The position numbers were made by a program, and so were the translations under genes. From a virus (taxonomy: Duplodnaviria; Caudoviricetes), in the IMG/VR virus record IMGVR_UViG_3300023184_000136, positions 1 to 59,633 of that record: DNA of 59,633 nucleotides, one strand, 5' to 3'. The stretch's first letter is position 1. Each line of letters starts with the position of its first letter. The notes beneath the pieces are model-generated. The model worked only from the letters and a program-made list of their open reading frames with translations. It searched no databases and had not been told where the DNA came from. This document shows positions 58,363-59,633 of this stretch, piece by piece.

Positions 58363-58378
58363 AGCTCTTTAAAAATTT
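58363..58378 (+). promoter_or_regulatory. boxA-like antitermination element 1
   Basis: AGCTCTTTAAAAATTT vs rrn boxA TGCTCTTTAACAATTT. Confidence 0.6.
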
Positions 58379-58447
58379 GATTACACCCGCTGGTACAACC
58401 AGCGCATGACGTGGATAGGTGACCGTGGGGAAGTGGGATTGTAATCA
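58378..58447 (+). ncRNA. unidentified small structured RNA A
   Basis: Closing helix TGATTACA/TGTAATCA and internal hairpin CGCTGGT-aca-ACCAGCG; GC-rich in an AT-rich context. Confidence 0.5.
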
Positions 58448-58458
58448 TTAAGATATAT

Positions 58459-58530
58459 CGTGAGGTAGAGCAGTGGTAGCTCGGAAGGCTCATAACCTTT
58501 AGGTCGCGAGTTCGAATCTCGCCCTCGCAA
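58459..58530 (+). tRNA. tRNA-Met(CAT), initiator (fMet) type; CCA not encoded
   Basis: Full cloverleaf, anticodon loop CTCATAA, T-loop TTCGAAT; C1:A72 mismatch and A11:U24. Confidence 0.93.
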
Positions 58531-58562
58531 CAAAAAATAGTTTAACTATTTTTAAAAAAAGA

Positions 58563-58594
58563 TTTGACGAATTGAAAAGTTCTTCATATCTTTG
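58563..58594 (+). promoter_or_regulatory. Bacteroidetes sigma70 promoter P2 (TTTG-N20-TATCTTTG)
   Basis: Consensus elements with the same spacing as P1. Confidence 0.75.
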
Positions 58595-58617
58595 AAAAAC
58601 AATCGGGTAAAACCGAA

Positions 58618-58630
58618 AGTTCTTTAACAT
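58618..58630 (+). promoter_or_regulatory. boxA-like element 2
   Basis: AGTTCTTTAACAT, preceded by the hairpin TCGG-gtaaaa-CCGA. Confidence 0.6.
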
Positions 58631-58631
58631 C

Positions 58632-58693
58632 GAGATGCAGTTAACCTGTCCCATTAGGAGTGGGAGGTGATTGAGGGTGAATAACACATCTTC
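58632..58693 (+). ncRNA. unidentified small structured RNA B
   Basis: GAGATG/CATCTT closing helix; nested CAGTTAACC/GGTGATTG and TCCCAT/GTGGGA stems. Confidence 0.45.
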
Positions 58694-58743
58694 AATGAAG
58701 AATAACGAATTCAGTTATTTTGTTAAAAAAACTTACAAAAAAG

Positions 58744-58775
58744 TTTGATTGTTTCCCAAAACATTCTTACCTTTG
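58744..58775 (+). promoter_or_regulatory. Bacteroidetes sigma70 promoter P3 (TTTG-N20-TACCTTTG)
   Basis: Consensus elements with the same spacing as P1 and P2. Confidence 0.75.
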
Positions 58776-58857
58776 TAAGACAAAAGAAGAGAAGGGGTAG
58801 TTAAGGTCCCAAGTTTACTTGGCCGTAAAGTTTTCCCTTTTCTTCTTTTTAAAAAAA

Positions 58858-58870
58858 AGTTCTTTGAATA
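58858..58870 (+). promoter_or_regulatory. boxA-like element 3
   Basis: AGTTCTTTGAATA after the long hairpin at 58782-58849. Confidence 0.55.
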
Positions 58871-58944
58871 AAAATATTGTCTGTTCAGAATGTTTGATAA
58901 TGAGACCTTCGGGTTGATTTTGAATAACAAAATGATAAGATATA

Positions 58945-59633
58945 TTGGGCGGTCTATAGTCCATAAAATAAACCATGAAAGTGGTATAAAGTGATTTGTT
59001 CTTGATTGGAACGGTTGCGGCTTCGGGAACGGAGCTCGAGTAGACAAGCGGGATATCATTCGACCTTGAGTACTGAGGGTAACACTGTAGGGAAAGTGGT
59101 TGAGTGACTAAGCGATGTGGGTCGTTTAGTTGAGGTGGGAACACCGATAAGAATAACTCGTAGAGCTGTTGTAAGAAGTATGGTCGTCCAACTATACAAT
59201 TACGGAGTTCAATATTAGAGTAGATTTAAAACCGAAAGGTAAGAGTTCGTACAGGTGGTGCTGTTGCTCTCCTTATCAGATACCTACCAAGGTGTCAGTT
59301 ATGAAGTAAACTCAAAGTATGGAGGTCGGGAGACTTCAAGGTGTAGTTCAGTATCGTCTCATTCAAAAGATGAGATGACTGGTTTGACGGACCGCTACAT
59401 CTATTATCCACAAATCACAACTTTGTTAATTAAGGTTTAACAACTTATAAATCAATAAAGGAAAAGTGTTCGTCAGTCGTGGTAGACAGGTCACTACTTA
59501 GTCATGAGTTGTTCATGGCCGTAAAGGGTCCCAAACCCGATACGATTGTTTTGAAAGTTCTCTAATCCCGCAAGGATGAGTTTGGGTGGCAACCTAGAAG
59601 AGTGATGAGTAAGAATAGAGTATATTACGACTT
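58945..59633 (+). ncRNA. large ornate structured ncRNA, GOLLD-like (3' truncated by window)
   Basis: No credible ORF; many GNRA-capped hairpins; long-range helices GTGATTTGT(58991)/ACAAATCAC(59410) and AGTCGTGGTA(59475)/TATTACGACT(59623); close to a phage tRNA. Confidence 0.7.

Noticed and set aside
58531-58560. tRNA-associated HDV-like (theta) ribozyme after the tRNA
   Set aside because: The 3' trailer is an A/T-only hairpin leading into promoter P2, with no GC-rich nested pseudoknot.
58499-59440. ORFs 58499..58687, 58733..59059, 58815..59144 and 59255..59440
   Set aside because: They overlap the tRNA, promoters and structured RNA, and have no recognisable protein features.
58945-59633. 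RNase P, tmRNA, rRNA or a self-splicing intron as the identity of the large RNA
   Set aside because: There is no GAGGAAAGUCC P4 motif, no tmRNA GGGG 5' end or tag ORF, no rRNA universal sequences, and no interrupted host gene.
1-59633. Stop-codon reassignment
   Set aside because: Recognisable genes are full length in the standard code; TAA, TAG and TGA all end genes; no suppressor tRNA is seen.
1-59633. Cellular (bacterial chromosome) or eukaryotic-virus origin
   Set aside because: Tail fibres with S74 chaperones, lysis genes, a stand-alone sigma factor, phage-type replication genes and bacterial promoters and terminators, without housekeeping operons, indicate a large bacteriophage.

Overview
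This window is a gene-dense, AT-rich segment of a large (probably jumbo) tailed dsDNA phage genome read with the standard bacterial code. The host is very likely Bacteroidota, based on TTTG-N20-TAnnTTTG promoters, a Bacteroidetes-type RpoD, SprB-like repeats and an Hc1-like protein. From left to right it holds: (1) Thr/Pro-repeat, Cys-rich virion-surface proteins and a tail-collar-like protein; (2) replication/recombination genes (RuvC-like, primase, PD-(D/E)XK exonuclease, SbcD, SbcC); (3) an accessory cassette island at 16.4-22.4 kb (SHOCT protein, Zn-repeat endonuclease, putative R-M pair, OM beta-barrel, DenV-like glycosylase); (4) a sigma factor, lysis genes and acidic head-like proteins; (5) DnaJ, a Dam-like MTase, PcfJ-like/LRR proteins, thioredoxin, glutaredoxin and a degenerate MetK-like protein; (6) three tandem Gly-Ala-Gln collagen fibres with S74 chaperones; (7) two HExxH proteins, APS kinase next to a HIGH nucleotidyltransferase, a third MTase, a DHH phosphoesterase and a Nudix hydrolase; (8) an RNA-only cluster. 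The most notable observations are: the RNA cluster, built as three rrn-like promoter-hairpin-boxA units driving two small structured RNAs, an initiator tRNA and a >690-nt ornate (GOLLD-like) RNA; a shared N-terminal (I/L)xE peptide on about 11 unrelated proteins, mostly behind a TATTTAT motif, suggesting a capsid-cargo system; a catalytically eroded SAM-synthetase mimic; and a possible minimal PAPS pathway. All calls come from reading motifs by eye; no database searches were run.
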